Origin: Halocafeteria seosinensis
Taxonomy: Eukaryota
Assembly: GCA_001687465.1 (NCBI GenBank)
Contig: LVLI01000138.1
Location: 1-64,000, forward strand
DNA length: 64,000 bases
Direction of reading: 5' to 3'
Shown: in pieces, positions 35,380-46,500 of the stretch
Numbering within the stretch: position 1 is the first letter of the stretch
How the letters are laid out: each line of letters starts with the position of its first letter
Program-made: the position numbers and the translations under genes
Notes under the pieces: generated by a model
Database searches by the model: none
What the model saw: only the letters and a program-made list of their open reading frames with translations
What the model was told of the DNA's origin: nothing

Positions 35380-38300
35380 TACTCAACCGTCGATGCATGA
35401 GTGAAAATTTAATGAATTTAGATTTACAGGAAAAGTCGGAATTTTATGTCGCTCTTTCTGTGTAATAAAGTCTGTAACCCTGGCTAAACATTGAAGTTTC
35501 GTGCCGGTGTTAACATCCAGCAAGGCTTGCCTTGGCGTTGGCGAGGAGAGGTTGAAGAACTCGCGCGGCGCAGCGCCGCGCGCCGAGGGACTCACGAGTG
35601 CCTCACACGGAGACACCACCGTACTACCACGGAGGTTTTTAAAGGGCCATTCAAACTAAAGAATTGAGAAATTCGACCCCGCAACACCATGTGGAACTCA
35701 ACGACTACAGTTTGAAAGAAGGCAGACTTGTAGAAGAACTGCATACTAAGTGAGATCCTCGTAAAGCTTCCACGTGTCGCCATATGCTCCTCTAGAACAC
35801 GTGTTCGATAATAGTGAAAGGAAGTGTTGCCCGCGTTCGAATGAGGCAATAAGGTATGTCCGGTACGTCGGTTTTGTTCGGGAGTGCTCTAGCAGTTGAG
35901 CGAAAGCCTACGCCACCGGAAAGGGCGAGCGAGCAGGGCGCGTGTTCTGACAGGCAGGGGAGGCGGCCGGGTATTTGCTTGCGAAGAGTAGTCGCTCAAG
36001 CTGCGGATAGCACGCACCCCTCCCTGTATATATCGGCGTTAAATAAGGGAGGACTCAATTGGGAGCCGAACTTGCGGTGAGATACCTCCTCCATGATCCC
36101 CTCAGAGACGACTTTTTCTTCGTGTTCTTGCTTCTTTCCAGAGCCAAATACGACAGGATTTCCGAAATCGTGAGCGTACATTTGATCGCATCGCTTGTGT
36201 GAACCATGTTATGTGGCTGTATGGCTGGGAACGCTGAAGAACACAGAGAACGGTGGTAACGCTAAGCGGCAGTCTCGGAATGAAAGGGCAGTGTTCAGTA
36301 CGAAGGACAGCCGTCTCCTATTCTCAAGCACGCCATGCAGTAACTACTCCAGTAATCGGCCTTCCTAAGGTATCCCTTCTCTACTTCCTTTTGGCCACCT
36401 TGAGTACTGCCGTTATTGCGTTAGAAAGTAACGGCACGGATATCCGAAACAATGAAGCGTGTATTACACCGACCAGCACGGACAGACTATCGCTTGTTCA
36501 AACATGTGATATCCCTTGGAAGGCACGGGGTTACGGGCCGTCTGATCACGTCAAGTTAGGTGTTTCTGAAACGTTTGACGGCCAAAATTACACCGTGGAT
36601 TTATCCGATGTGAAGGCCTTTACTGGGTTATTTCGAATAAACGATTCCGTAGTTACGTCTTTTGAGCAAGCCCCCGTGATTAAGAACGTGCATACTAGGA
36701 ATGGGGAAGTCCAAGACGGTGGTGCGTTTATTGTACAGAGGAACCAGAGATTCTTCAAAGTTGACCATTGCAGCAGCTCCAAGGGCTTGATAGGACAGAA
36801 TTGTGGTGGAATTGCCGGAGCGTATTGTGGATGTAGTGATGGACAAGTTGTGATCAGCAATTCCCTTTCCACGGGAAACATCGGGGACAGTGGGGGTGGC
36901 ATCATTGGATTTCGTGCCGGTGATGCAGGCGGGATAGTGAACATCACAAACTGCTACTCTACAGGAAATATTACTGGTGGAGGTATATGTGGTGCATGGG
37001 CAGGCAGTGGGAGTGGATCCCAAGTCTACGTTGCGCAATGTTTCTCGACCGGAACAGTGGATGGAGAAACGAGTGGTGGTATTTTGGACTCCAAGAGTGC
37101 TTCAGGGGGTGGATATGTACGGATATCTCGGTGCTATTCAACAGGAGATATTGCAGTGGCCCAGACAGGCGGGATTACTGGGGCAGTTACTGCAAATGAT
37201 GGGGGTCATGTGGAGATACATGATTCTTATTCCACGGGTTATGTAAGAGATTCTGTATCGAATGCTGGGGGCATTTGTGGGAGATTCACTGGTTTCAATA
37301 AGGGAACTGTGCTCATAGAGAATGTGTACATGCTTTCAGAGAGTTCAAGTGGAACATCTCCTATGTTAGGGAGTATTGGGGCACCGGGTTTTTCGGCATC
37401 CAAAGTCACCGTAATGCACTCAGTCCATAGCACCCCCACTACCACGACGGACAAAATAAAGCTGATCGGCGGAGATGTTGTTGGCCAGGTGGTACTTAAA
37501 GGAAATTCTGGGGATCTTGCAGACATTCGGGGGAAGCTCTATCAGGTTAGGACTTCGGATTCAATTGATGTCAATGAGAGCCGTAGGTGGTCAGATGACG
37601 TTTGGTTTATTCCGCGTGGATCTAGCTTTCCCGAGCTACGTGCGATCCCGCAATTAATGTGTGAAGGCAGTAAAGTCCATAGATTTAACGAAGGTATTAG
37701 GTGTTTGCAATGTCCCTCTACTCAATTTGCATCGAGGCGTGACTCCGAGTGCAGGCCATGCGGCTTCGGGCAAGTTCCCACCAGTCGCCAGGATGGCTGT
37801 AAACATTGTGCGGATGGCAGCGTGGCTACGAGTTCCCATACTTCTTGTGAGCCTTGCGGAAATGGTAGTGTACCTGACATGTACCGTGGTTCCTGTAGAG
37901 GCTGTGCTTCTGATGAGTTTGCCAGTGCTACAGATATACGTTGTCGGCCATGTAATGTTGGGCAGGTGGCGAATGACGCCCAAATTGAATGCATATATCC
38001 TTCAGCAAAACCGTCCTCGCCTACTGGTTACCCGCGGCCGAGTTCTTGTAATATAGGAGATGGTCTTACTGCATGTCCTTCTGGGTCGAGACAACAGGAG
38101 TCGACTGACGAGGGTTCGAGTAGCAAGACAGTTTCCAGTAACGCAACCAGTGTCCGTTCGAAAGAGTTACACCGAAAGAGGCTTCTCTCGTTGCCTCTTC
38201 AGCACTGTAGAAAAGGATAGGTAGTCAAGTTGACTAAGTCAACCGTCGATGGCATGAGTGCAAGTTTAATACATATAAATTTGGCTTTAGAGGAAAATTC

Positions 38301-40855
38301 GGAATTTTATGTCGCTTCTCTGTGTGATACAGTTTGTAATCCTGGGTAACCATTGAAGTTTCGTGCCGGTGTCAACCTCCGGTAAGGCTTGGGAGAACCT
38401 TGGAGAGAGGTTGAAGAACCTACGCGGCGCGCGGAGGAACTCACGAGTGCCTCACACGGAGATACCACCGTACTACCACGGAGGTTTTTAAAGGGCCATT
38501 CAAACTAAAGAATTGAGAAATTCGACCCCGCAACACCATGTGGAACTCAACGACTACAGTTTGAAAGAAGGCAGACTTGTAGAAGAACAGTATACTAAGT
38601 GAGATCCTCGTAAAGCTTCCACGTGTCGCCATATACTCCTCTAGAACACGTGTTCGATAATAGTGAAAGGAAGTGTTACCCGCGTTCGAATGAAGCAATA
38701 AGGTATGTCCGGTACGTCGGTTTTGTTCGGGAGTGCTCTAGCGGTTGAGCGAAAGCCTACGCCACCGGAAAGGGCGAGCGAGCAGGGCGCGTGTTCTGAC
38801 AGGCAGGGGAGGCGGCCGGGTATTTGCTTGCGAAGAGTAGTCGCTCAAGCTGCGGATAGCACGCACCCTTCCCTGTATATATCGGCGTTAAATAAGGGAG
38901 GACTCAATTGGGAGCCGAACTTGCGGTGAGATACCTCCTCCATGGTCTCGACATGGAGACGACTTTTTCTTTGTGTTCTTACTTCTGTCCAGTGCCAAAT
39001 ACGACAGGATTTCCGAAATCGTGAGCGTACATTTGATCGCATCGCTTGTGTGAACCATGTTATGTGGCTGTATGGCTGGGAACGCTGAAGAACACAGAGA
39101 ACGGTGGTAACGCTAAGCGGCAGTCTCGGAATGAAAGGTCAGTGTTCAGTACGAAGGACAGCCGTCTCCTATTCTCAAGCACGCCATGCAGTAACTACTT
39201 CAGTCATCGGCCTTTCTAAGGTATCCCTTCTCTACTTCCTTTTGGCCACCTTGAGTACTGCCGTTATTGCGTTAGAAAGTAACGGCACGGATATCCGAAA
39301 CAATGAGGCGTGTATTACACCGACCAGCACGGACAGACTATTGCTTGTTCAAACATGTGACATCCCTTGGAAGACACGGGGTTACGGGGCGTCTGATCAC
39401 GTCATGTTAGGTGCTTCCGAAACGTTCGACGGCCAAAATTACACACTGGATTTATCCGATGTGAAGGCATTTACTGGGTTATTTCGAATAAACGATTTAG
39501 TTACGTCTTTTGAGGAAGCTCCCGTGATTAAGAACGTGCATACGAGGAATGGGGAAGTTCAAGACGGTGGTGCCTTCATTGTACAGAAGAACCAGAAATT
39601 CTTCGAAGTTGACCATTGCAGCAGCTCCAATGGCTTGATAGGACAGAATTGTGGTGGAATTGCCGGAATGTATTGTGGACGTAGTGGTGGACAAGTTGTG
39701 ATCAGAAATTCCCTTTCCACGGGAAAGATCGGGAGAAGTGGGGGTGGCATCATTGCATCTCGTGCCGGTGATGCAGGCGGGAAAGTGAACATCACAAACT
39801 GCTACTCTACAGGAGACATTACTGGTGGAGGTATATGTGGTGCATGGGCAGGCAGTGGGAGTGGATCCCAAGTTTACGTTGCGCAATGTTTCTCGACCGG
39901 AACAGTGGATGGGGAGACGAGTGGTGGTATTTCGGACTCCAAGAGTGCTTCTGGGGGTGGATATGTATGGATATCTTGTTGCTATTCAACAGGAGATATT
40001 ACAGCGGCCCAAGCAGGCGGAATTACTGGGGCAGTTACTGCAAAAATTGGGGGAAGTGTGGAGATACATGATTCTTATTCCACGGGTTATGTAAGAGATT
40101 CTGTAGCGAATGCTGGGGGCATTTGTGGGAGATTCACTGGTTTCAATAAGGGAACTGTGCTCATAGAGAATGTGTACATGCTTTCAGAGAGTTCAAGTGG
40201 AACATCTCCTATGTTAGGGAGTATTGGGGCACCGGGTTTTTCGGCATCCAAAGTCACCATAATGCACTCAGTCCATAGCACCCCCACTACCACGACGGAC
40301 AAAACAAAGCTGATCGGCGGAGATGTTGTTGGCCAGGTGGTACTTAAAGGAAATTCTGGGGATCTTGGAGACATTCGGGGGAAGCTCTATCAGGTTAGGA
40401 CTTCGGATTCAATTGATGTCAACGACAGCCATAGATGGTCAGATGACGTTTGGTTTATTCCGCGTGGATCGAGCTTTCCCGAGCTACGTGCAATCCCGCA
40501 ATTAATGTGTGAAGGCGGTAAAGTCCATAGATTTAACGAAGGCATTAGGTGTTTGCAATGTCCCTCTACTCAATTTGCATCGAGGCGTGACTCCGAGTGC
40601 AGGCCATGCGGTTTCGGGCAAGTTCCCACCAGTCGCCAGGATGGATGTAAACATTGCGCGGATGACAGCGTGGCTACGAGTTCCCATGCTTCCTGTGAGC
40701 CTTGTGGAAATGGTAGTGTACCTGATGTGGACCGTGGTTCCTGTAGAGACTGTGCTTCTGATGAGTTTGCCAGTGCTACAGATATACGTTGTCGGCCATG
40801 TAATGTTGGGCATGTGCCGAATGACGCCCAAAGTGAATGCATATATCCTTCAGCA
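35380..40855 (+). repeat. Recent tandem segmental duplication, period about 2.85 kb (35380-38005 vs 38240-40855), covering spacer and GLUG gene
   Basis: Near-identical sequence and duplicated ORFs (35856/38705, 36253/39104, 37239/40087). Confidence 0.95.
36280..38220 (+). CDS. GLUG-repeat + CxxC-repeat secreted protein, no C-terminal transmembrane helix (copy 2)
   Basis: Signal-like LLYFLLATLSTAVIA, GGI.G repeats, C-cap IRGKLYQ..RWSDDVW..FPEL, six CxxC units; ATG 36280 (ORF track starts at GTG 36253). Confidence 0.85.
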   Translation: MKGQCSVRRTAVSYSQARHAVTTPVIGLPKVSLLYFLLATLSTAVIALESNGTDIRNNEACITPTSTDRLSLVQTCDIPWKARGYGPSDHVKLGVSETFDGQNYTVDLSDVKAFTGLFRINDSVVTSFEQAPVIKNVHTRNGEVQDGGAFIVQRNQRFFKVDHCSSSKGLIGQNCGGIAGAYCGCSDGQVVISNSLSTGNIGDSGGGIIGFRAGDAGGIVNITNCYSTGNITGGGICGAWAGSGSGSQVYVAQCFSTGTVDGETSGGILDSKSASGGGYVRISRCYSTGDIAVAQTGGITGAVTANDGGHVEIHDSYSTGYVRDSVSNAGGICGRFTGFNKGTVLIENVYMLSESSSGTSPMLGSIGAPGFSASKVTVMHSVHSTPTTTTDKIKLIGGDVVGQVVLKGNSGDLADIRGKLYQVRTSDSIDVNESRRWSDDVWFIPRGSSFPELRAIPQLMCEGSKVHRFNEGIRCLQCPSTQFASRRDSECRPCGFGQVPTSRQDGCKHCADGSVATSSHTSCEPCGNGSVPDMYRGSCRGCASDEFASATDIRCRPCNVGQVANDAQIECIYPSAKPSSPTGYPRPSSCNIGDGLTACPSGSRQQESTDEGSSSKTVSSNATSVRSKELHRKRLLSLPLQHCRKG

Positions 40856-42079
40856 ACTTCCTTGCCTAGCAGGTATCCGCCACAGAGCTCTCGTAACGTA
40901 TCAGCACATGATGGGGCCACATGTTCGCCCCACCAGAGCCCCACAGTAGCCGCTACTTCGGCTCTTGAACCAAAACACTTGGTGGACGACTCATATGGGA
41001 ACAGTGAGAAGACTGCCGTTGCTGTGGAGATCGCGTTATCTTCATGCGTCTCTGCTGGGGCTGTGGCAATTCTCGTTTTCATACTATATCGGAGGAAAGA
41101 AAATTCAAAGGCCTCAAAACACTATGATGACCCGAACTCCTTGTATACAGCCAAACTGGGTATCGCTGTAGAAAACATCAAGTCACAGAGGACAAGCACA
41201 AGCTCTAGAGAATATAGGTACTCTGAAAGTCTTGGTGACGTCAACCGACTATCTTCGGTCGGCTCAGCGACGGTTACCATTGAATCCGCTGAAACACCTG
41301 AGACGAGTAGAGTGAGTAACACATTCAAGAGGACGGTTGATGAACAACAGATTGGATACGTCAACCCCCTTACGGCAAATGCGAAGCGTGCTGATAGTAT
41401 CGACTCTTCCGAAGATCGAATCCAACAGCGATCATCGCAAAAGCTATCAACAAGTCGAGGTACGGCTACGTTTCGAGATGTGAGGTCGTGCTCTGTGTCC
41501 AGTGAGGAATCAGGAGTTATTAGAAATGGCCCAAGTGCGACTGCCCAGGACATCTCTTCGATGCAAGTGAGCCAGGACACCCCACGCATGGTGTTGATTG
41601 ACCCAAGTTCCGTTTCACATTCCCCAGAAGAGAGCGTTCGCGTAGTGTCAACCAAGACACCAAAGGTAGCCGAAGTAGTACGACAGCAAAATAGCGGGAC
41701 TCAGGTACAAGTTGCACGGGCGGATCTCATACAATCCATGGGCATGCGCCAAGCAGACAGAGTAAAGCTCCACTTAAGGTGTTGGAAGGCCAAAATCCTT
41801 TCTGAGCCTATACCTCTCGTGCAGGTTGCGACAAGCGGTCTCAACACAGAACAAAAGGAAACGGAAAAGCGCACAAGAGTCTCAACAGGCGGTGTTGATG
41901 AGGAAACTAAGGCTTATGCTCAGAGAGTGAACTTTGCAAAGACGACGGGTGGGGTGAGAAGCGATATTTCTCGCGAGGCCAAGGAAGAAAGACACAGAAG
42001 CAAACAACTGCGACTTGCTGGAAAGAAAGAGTTTGCCCCGGCACTTCCTTCTCGTTCGAAGAAGGCGCTGCAACCTTGA
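39131..42079 (+). CDS. Type I membrane protein: GLUG ectodomain, CxxC stalk, TM, about 330-aa cytoplasmic tail (copy 3)
   Basis: Ectodomain nearly identical to copy 2; TM IALSSCVSAGAVAILVFILY followed by RRK; ATG 39131. Confidence 0.88.
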   Translation: MKGQCSVRRTAVSYSQARHAVTTSVIGLSKVSLLYFLLATLSTAVIALESNGTDIRNNEACITPTSTDRLLLVQTCDIPWKTRGYGASDHVMLGASETFDGQNYTLDLSDVKAFTGLFRINDLVTSFEEAPVIKNVHTRNGEVQDGGAFIVQKNQKFFEVDHCSSSNGLIGQNCGGIAGMYCGRSGGQVVIRNSLSTGKIGRSGGGIIASRAGDAGGKVNITNCYSTGDITGGGICGAWAGSGSGSQVYVAQCFSTGTVDGETSGGISDSKSASGGGYVWISCCYSTGDITAAQAGGITGAVTAKIGGSVEIHDSYSTGYVRDSVANAGGICGRFTGFNKGTVLIENVYMLSESSSGTSPMLGSIGAPGFSASKVTIMHSVHSTPTTTTDKTKLIGGDVVGQVVLKGNSGDLGDIRGKLYQVRTSDSIDVNDSHRWSDDVWFIPRGSSFPELRAIPQLMCEGGKVHRFNEGIRCLQCPSTQFASRRDSECRPCGFGQVPTSRQDGCKHCADDSVATSSHASCEPCGNGSVPDVDRGSCRDCASDEFASATDIRCRPCNVGHVPNDAQSECIYPSATSLPSRYPPQSSRNVSAHDGATCSPHQSPTVAATSALEPKHLVDDSYGNSEKTAVAVEIALSSCVSAGAVAILVFILYRRKENSKASKHYDDPNSLYTAKLGIAVENIKSQRTSTSSREYRYSESLGDVNRLSSVGSATVTIESAETPETSRVSNTFKRTVDEQQIGYVNPLTANAKRADSIDSSEDRIQQRSSQKLSTSRGTATFRDVRSCSVSSEESGVIRNGPSATAQDISSMQVSQDTPRMVLIDPSSVSHSPEESVRVVSTKTPKVAEVVRQQNSGTQVQVARADLIQSMGMRQADRVKLHLRCWKAKILSEPIPLVQVATSGLNTEQKETEKRTRVSTGGVDEETKAYAQRVNFAKTTGGVRSDISREAKEERHRSKQLRLAGKKEFAPALPSRSKKALQP

Positions 42080-42439
42080 GAACATGGTATGAATGTCCAG
42101 AAAGAAGGGAACACTCAGACTGAAATTCTTTCCGGGAAAGTTCGTCCGCACAATTGCTGCACTCTGTACGATGCTCCTTGTGGAAGAAAGGTAGATGTAT
42201 GTGACAAGGAGGATCAAAGCGTGTTCAGTCAAGTGTGTAGCTACGAGCTCTAGAAAAGAACCCTTGAAGTCAAGCCCAGTAAACTGTGGTTACGCTTGGT
42301 GAGTTCTTGGGTGTGGACTGTGAATTGATGGACTTGATATCTGCGAGTGTAATGAGGGATCAAGACAATTTTTTACCGATACCAGAAGCAAATAACAAGT
42401 CGGACCCACTTGTTCGGACTAATAATTGGTTCCATGATC

Positions 42440-42910
42440 TCTACGATGCAAGCGTAAGCGCAAAGAAAGAGATGTATTGGCCGCATTCCCTTGCGCAATC
42501 AAGGCAATTACGAGCCCTGTACCGCGAATTCAGTCTCGGCTTCTGGACATGCACAATGTTACTTTTGCGGTAGGGGCGTCTTCCCAACCAAGATCAAAAC
42601 GCCTGCCGTCCTTGCGAATCTTAGGAGGTTTCTCCTGAGCGAAGCGGAAGCTGTACCGTTTGCACCAATGGTACTATTCCCGACCCTTCCCAACAAATGT
42701 GTTCCAAATGCGAAGCTCACCAATATGCCAATGTGAATGATACAGTTCGCTCATCACGTGGGACTTTTTGAAGTGCCAACCGTAAATCAGGAAGGATGTG
42801 TATCGTGTGGTTCCAACTAGTACGCTGGAGTTCAGAATGCGCGATCATCGCCGCGATGCCAAACTTGTGGTATGAATCAGGTCCCAGCAAAGGATGCGTC
42901 GGGTGTATGT
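42440..42910 (+). pseudogene. Decayed CxxC-repeat surface protein fragment
   Basis: Reads PCTANSVSASGHAQCYFCG / NQDQNACRPCES*EVS..SCTVCTNGTIPDPSQQMCSKCEAHQYA / NQEGCVSCGSN*YAG / CQTCGMNQVP with stops and frameshifts. Confidence 0.75.
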
Positions 42911-43508
42911 AGGTATGGCGCTCGGCCCAGAAGGTACGTCCTCGTGTACGGATGACAAAGAAGTCCAGAAACGTAAAGCAACGGCATCGGTCCCGTGGGT
43001 TTGAGGCGCTCCCAATATCTTAGCAAACAACTGCAGCTGCCAGAAATTCAAGCGGTGCGGGAAGAAGAACTACTAGGCAACCCCAAAAGCAGCGTTGTCG
43101 ACCACTGCGGATGAAGATCAAAATTTCGGGCATTGTCACAGTGATCTTGCATATTGTCAAAATTCGTGCAATTTATTTTATATAGAATAGCCTAGGGATG
43201 AAAGAGGCTACTCACTGCGTCCGAGGGTCTGAAACTCAGCTGATCCTTGACACGTGTACATCAACCTATGGAAATAGAAAAATTTCTACCATCAAATTAT
43301 CAGATAATGGTTGACCATCAAAACATGGTAAATACACCATAGTAGATTTATTTTCAAAATAAAATCATTAACTTCGAAGTTCCAACGCCACTTCTTCAAC
43401 CCAACCCCTACACAGATTCTTCCAGAGCACGTAGAACCTAGACTGTATGAGAGTTGATGGCTTACTCTCTTTCGACGTCTGTGACCGAAGTCGTAGACTG
43501 TCGGGGGG

Positions 43509-46500
43509 ATGGTGGGCGTCAAGTTCCCAATACTACCGTTGCGGTTGATATACAGCCTACTGGTCTGTGGTGTTCTGCAATTTCTCTCAGTCTTCCCGGT
43601 CGCAGCGAGCGATACCATTGTTGTCGACGATTTCGAAGACAGTGACCTGTCGGAGTATGATGGAGACAAGGACGTTTTTTCGGTAGCTTCAAAATGGACC
43701 TATAGTGGCGGGGCATCTTTGTATGGAAACAACAAAGGCACTGGAAGTGACAACGACGAGGACTGGATCTACTCGACAAGCGGGCTCAACGCATACCCAG
43801 AGAGGGGTTCCACTATCCGGGTCGTATACAAAATCCATGATTTCCGAACCGGTGCCTGGTGTGACCCGGATATTGAGTTCTGCTTTGGTGGCCAGGATAA
43901 AGACAACGCGTACTGCGTACGCCATGGCGTCTGGCCAGATCCTCGAACTAACAGCGTCGGTCTATTCCTGCGACGCCCAGGGAAGAAAATTGCAGGTTCA
44001 GGCGAAGGAAGTGGTCCAACTGGTGCAGGAGTTTACTCGTTTGAAATCGAATACGGGGACCCCACAATCACGGTCAGATTATATGAGGGAGATTGGGATA
44101 CCTTGAAACAAGAAATCTCAGGCGACGATACAGCATACAATAGTCAAGGAATCGGGTTTACTATGTACCATGGTGGCTGCGATGGTGGAGACGGTTGGGT
44201 GAAGGTGAGTATCGACTACGTACATATCGTACCTCAAGAGTGTGGTGTCGGAAAGGAGCCTAATGGCAAAGGAACAGGATGTGAGACATGTTCCCCTCAT
44301 GAATATGCGGGACAGGGAGGATCTGTCTGCCAACCTTGTGGGCCAGGAAGCATTCCACTGGATGATCAGAGTGATTGCCGACCCTGTGAACCCCACGAAT
44401 ATTCCAAGAAGGACGACAATAAATGTCATTCCTGTGATGTTGGGCACATTCCGCTCAATGATCAGAGTGATTGCAAACCATGTAGGTCCTACGAGTATTC
44501 GGAAAACAAAGATGATACATGCCATCTTTGTGGTGCTGGGCAGGTTCCACTGAAGGATCAGAGTGGGTGCAAGTCCTGCAAACCGTATGAGTACTCGGAA
44601 AGCAAAGATGATAAATGTCGTTCCTGTGGTGTCGGGCAAATTCCACTTGGTGATCAGAGCGATTGTACACCCTGTGAAGCGTATGAGTATTCCGACGACA
44701 CAGATACCAAATGTCGTTCCTGTGGTGTCGGGCAAATTCCACTTGATGATCAGAGTGATTGTAAACCCTGTGAATCGTATGAGTATTCCAACAACACAGC
44801 TAGTACCTGCCGTTCGTGTGGAGTTGGGAATGTTCCACTGGATGATCAGAGTGATTGTAAATCATGTAGACCATACGAGTACTCGGAAAACAAAGATGAT
44901 AGATGCCACTCTTGCGGTGTCGGACGGATTCCACTGAAGGATCAGAGTGGGTGCAAGTCCTGTAAACCGTATGAGTACTCGGAAAGCAAAGATGATAGAT
45001 GTCGTTCGTGTGGTGTCGGGCAAATTCCAGTTGATGATCAGAGCGATTGTAAACCCTGTGAAGTGTATGAGTATTCCAACGACACAGATACCAAATGTCG
45101 TTACTGTGGTGACGGGCAAATTCCACTGGATGATCAGAGTGATTGTAAACCCTGTGAATCGTATGAGTATTCCAACAACACAGCTAGTACCTGCCGTTCG
45201 TGTGGAGTTGGGAATGTTCCACTGGATGATCAGAGTGATTGTAAATCATGTAGACCATACGAGTACTCGGAAAACAAAGATGATAGATGCCACTCTTGCG
45301 GTGTCGGACGGATTCCACTGAAGGATCAGAGTGATTGCAAGTCCTGTAAATCGTATGAGTACTCGGAAAGCAAAGATGATAAATGTCGTTCGTGTGGTGT
45401 CGGGCAAATTCCAGTTGATGATCAGAGCGATTGTAAACCTTGTGAACGGTATGAGTCGTCTAGACCACAGGACGAAATATGTTTTTCTTGCGGTCCTGGA
45501 AGAATGCCCAATAAGAATCAGAGCTCATGCGTGCCCTGTGAGATTTATGAGTGGTCTGGACCTCAAGACGAAAGATGTTATCCTTGCGGTCCTGGAAGAG
45601 TTCCAAACGGTAACCAGAGTTTTTGCAATGACTGTGGACCAGACCAATATGCAGGTTCAGAGGAAGCAATTTGTCGTCCTTGCGGAGAAGATACGAACCC
45701 TGTTGCTAACCAAAGTACTTGTGTCTCGGTCATTAACGGGCAAAAGTCTAAAAAATCGTCTAATGCTGTTTCAGGTATACAGGGTGGAATAGCAGCCGGC
45801 TCTGTGCTTGGAGCAATGCTAACACTGATACTGCTGTTGGTGCTCTACCGAAGATACCAGAATGCAAACATTTGGGCAACTCATGAGGATATCAAGTCAG
45901 TCTATGCCGCCCGCTTTGGAGTGAAAGTCGGTGGTGTTAGTGAGGAGGCTGACTCCAAGGGTATATCGTTTCGCCGAAACACAGGAAACCTTGAACCATC
46001 GCTGGATAGGCAGGAGGGCATGGAACTTGGGTATCACAATCCACTTGCCCCTGCTATGAAGGAATCTGTAAAGCTGTCGACAGACGACCGTCGGACTTCG
46101 TTACAGCGTGCTCACGCTAGCGTCGTACATGTAGCATCGGACAATACATATTCACTCAATGCTAATAGCATTCCTCCAGGAAGTGAGCGCTCGCAAGTGT
46201 TGTTCGTAGAACCACGGAGTAAGTCCTCTAAAGTCGCTGCTGGACAGGTTCGAGTAGTCTCAGCAGCGGCACCGAAGCTTGCCTACGCGGCAAAACAAAA
46301 GCAAACGAACCCACAAATTAGAGTAGCCGCCGCGGAACATGTGGATACTTCAGAGATGAGGCGAACCGAACGTGTACGATTGCGACTAAGAGTATGGAAG
46401 GCGAATTTGTTTTTGGAACCACCGCCTTTAGTGCAGGTAGAAATCCCCGTGGAACGAAATGCTGGCTCATATGAATATGGGTACAATTTGAAGAATTCGG

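Noticed and set aside
35590..35635. Minus-strand TCCGTGGTAGTACGGTGGT resembling a tRNA 5' end or A-box
   Set aside because: No T-arm GTTC motif or cloverleaf follows
36062..36090. GAGCCG...GCGGTGAGA resembling group II intron domain V
   Set aside because: Downstream bases do not pair back to form the domain V hairpin
44280..45722. Regular repeat with variable intervening sequence, superficially CRISPR-like
   Set aside because: In-frame coding repeat inside a 1074-aa ORF; the intervening parts are themselves homologous; eukaryotic context and no cas genes
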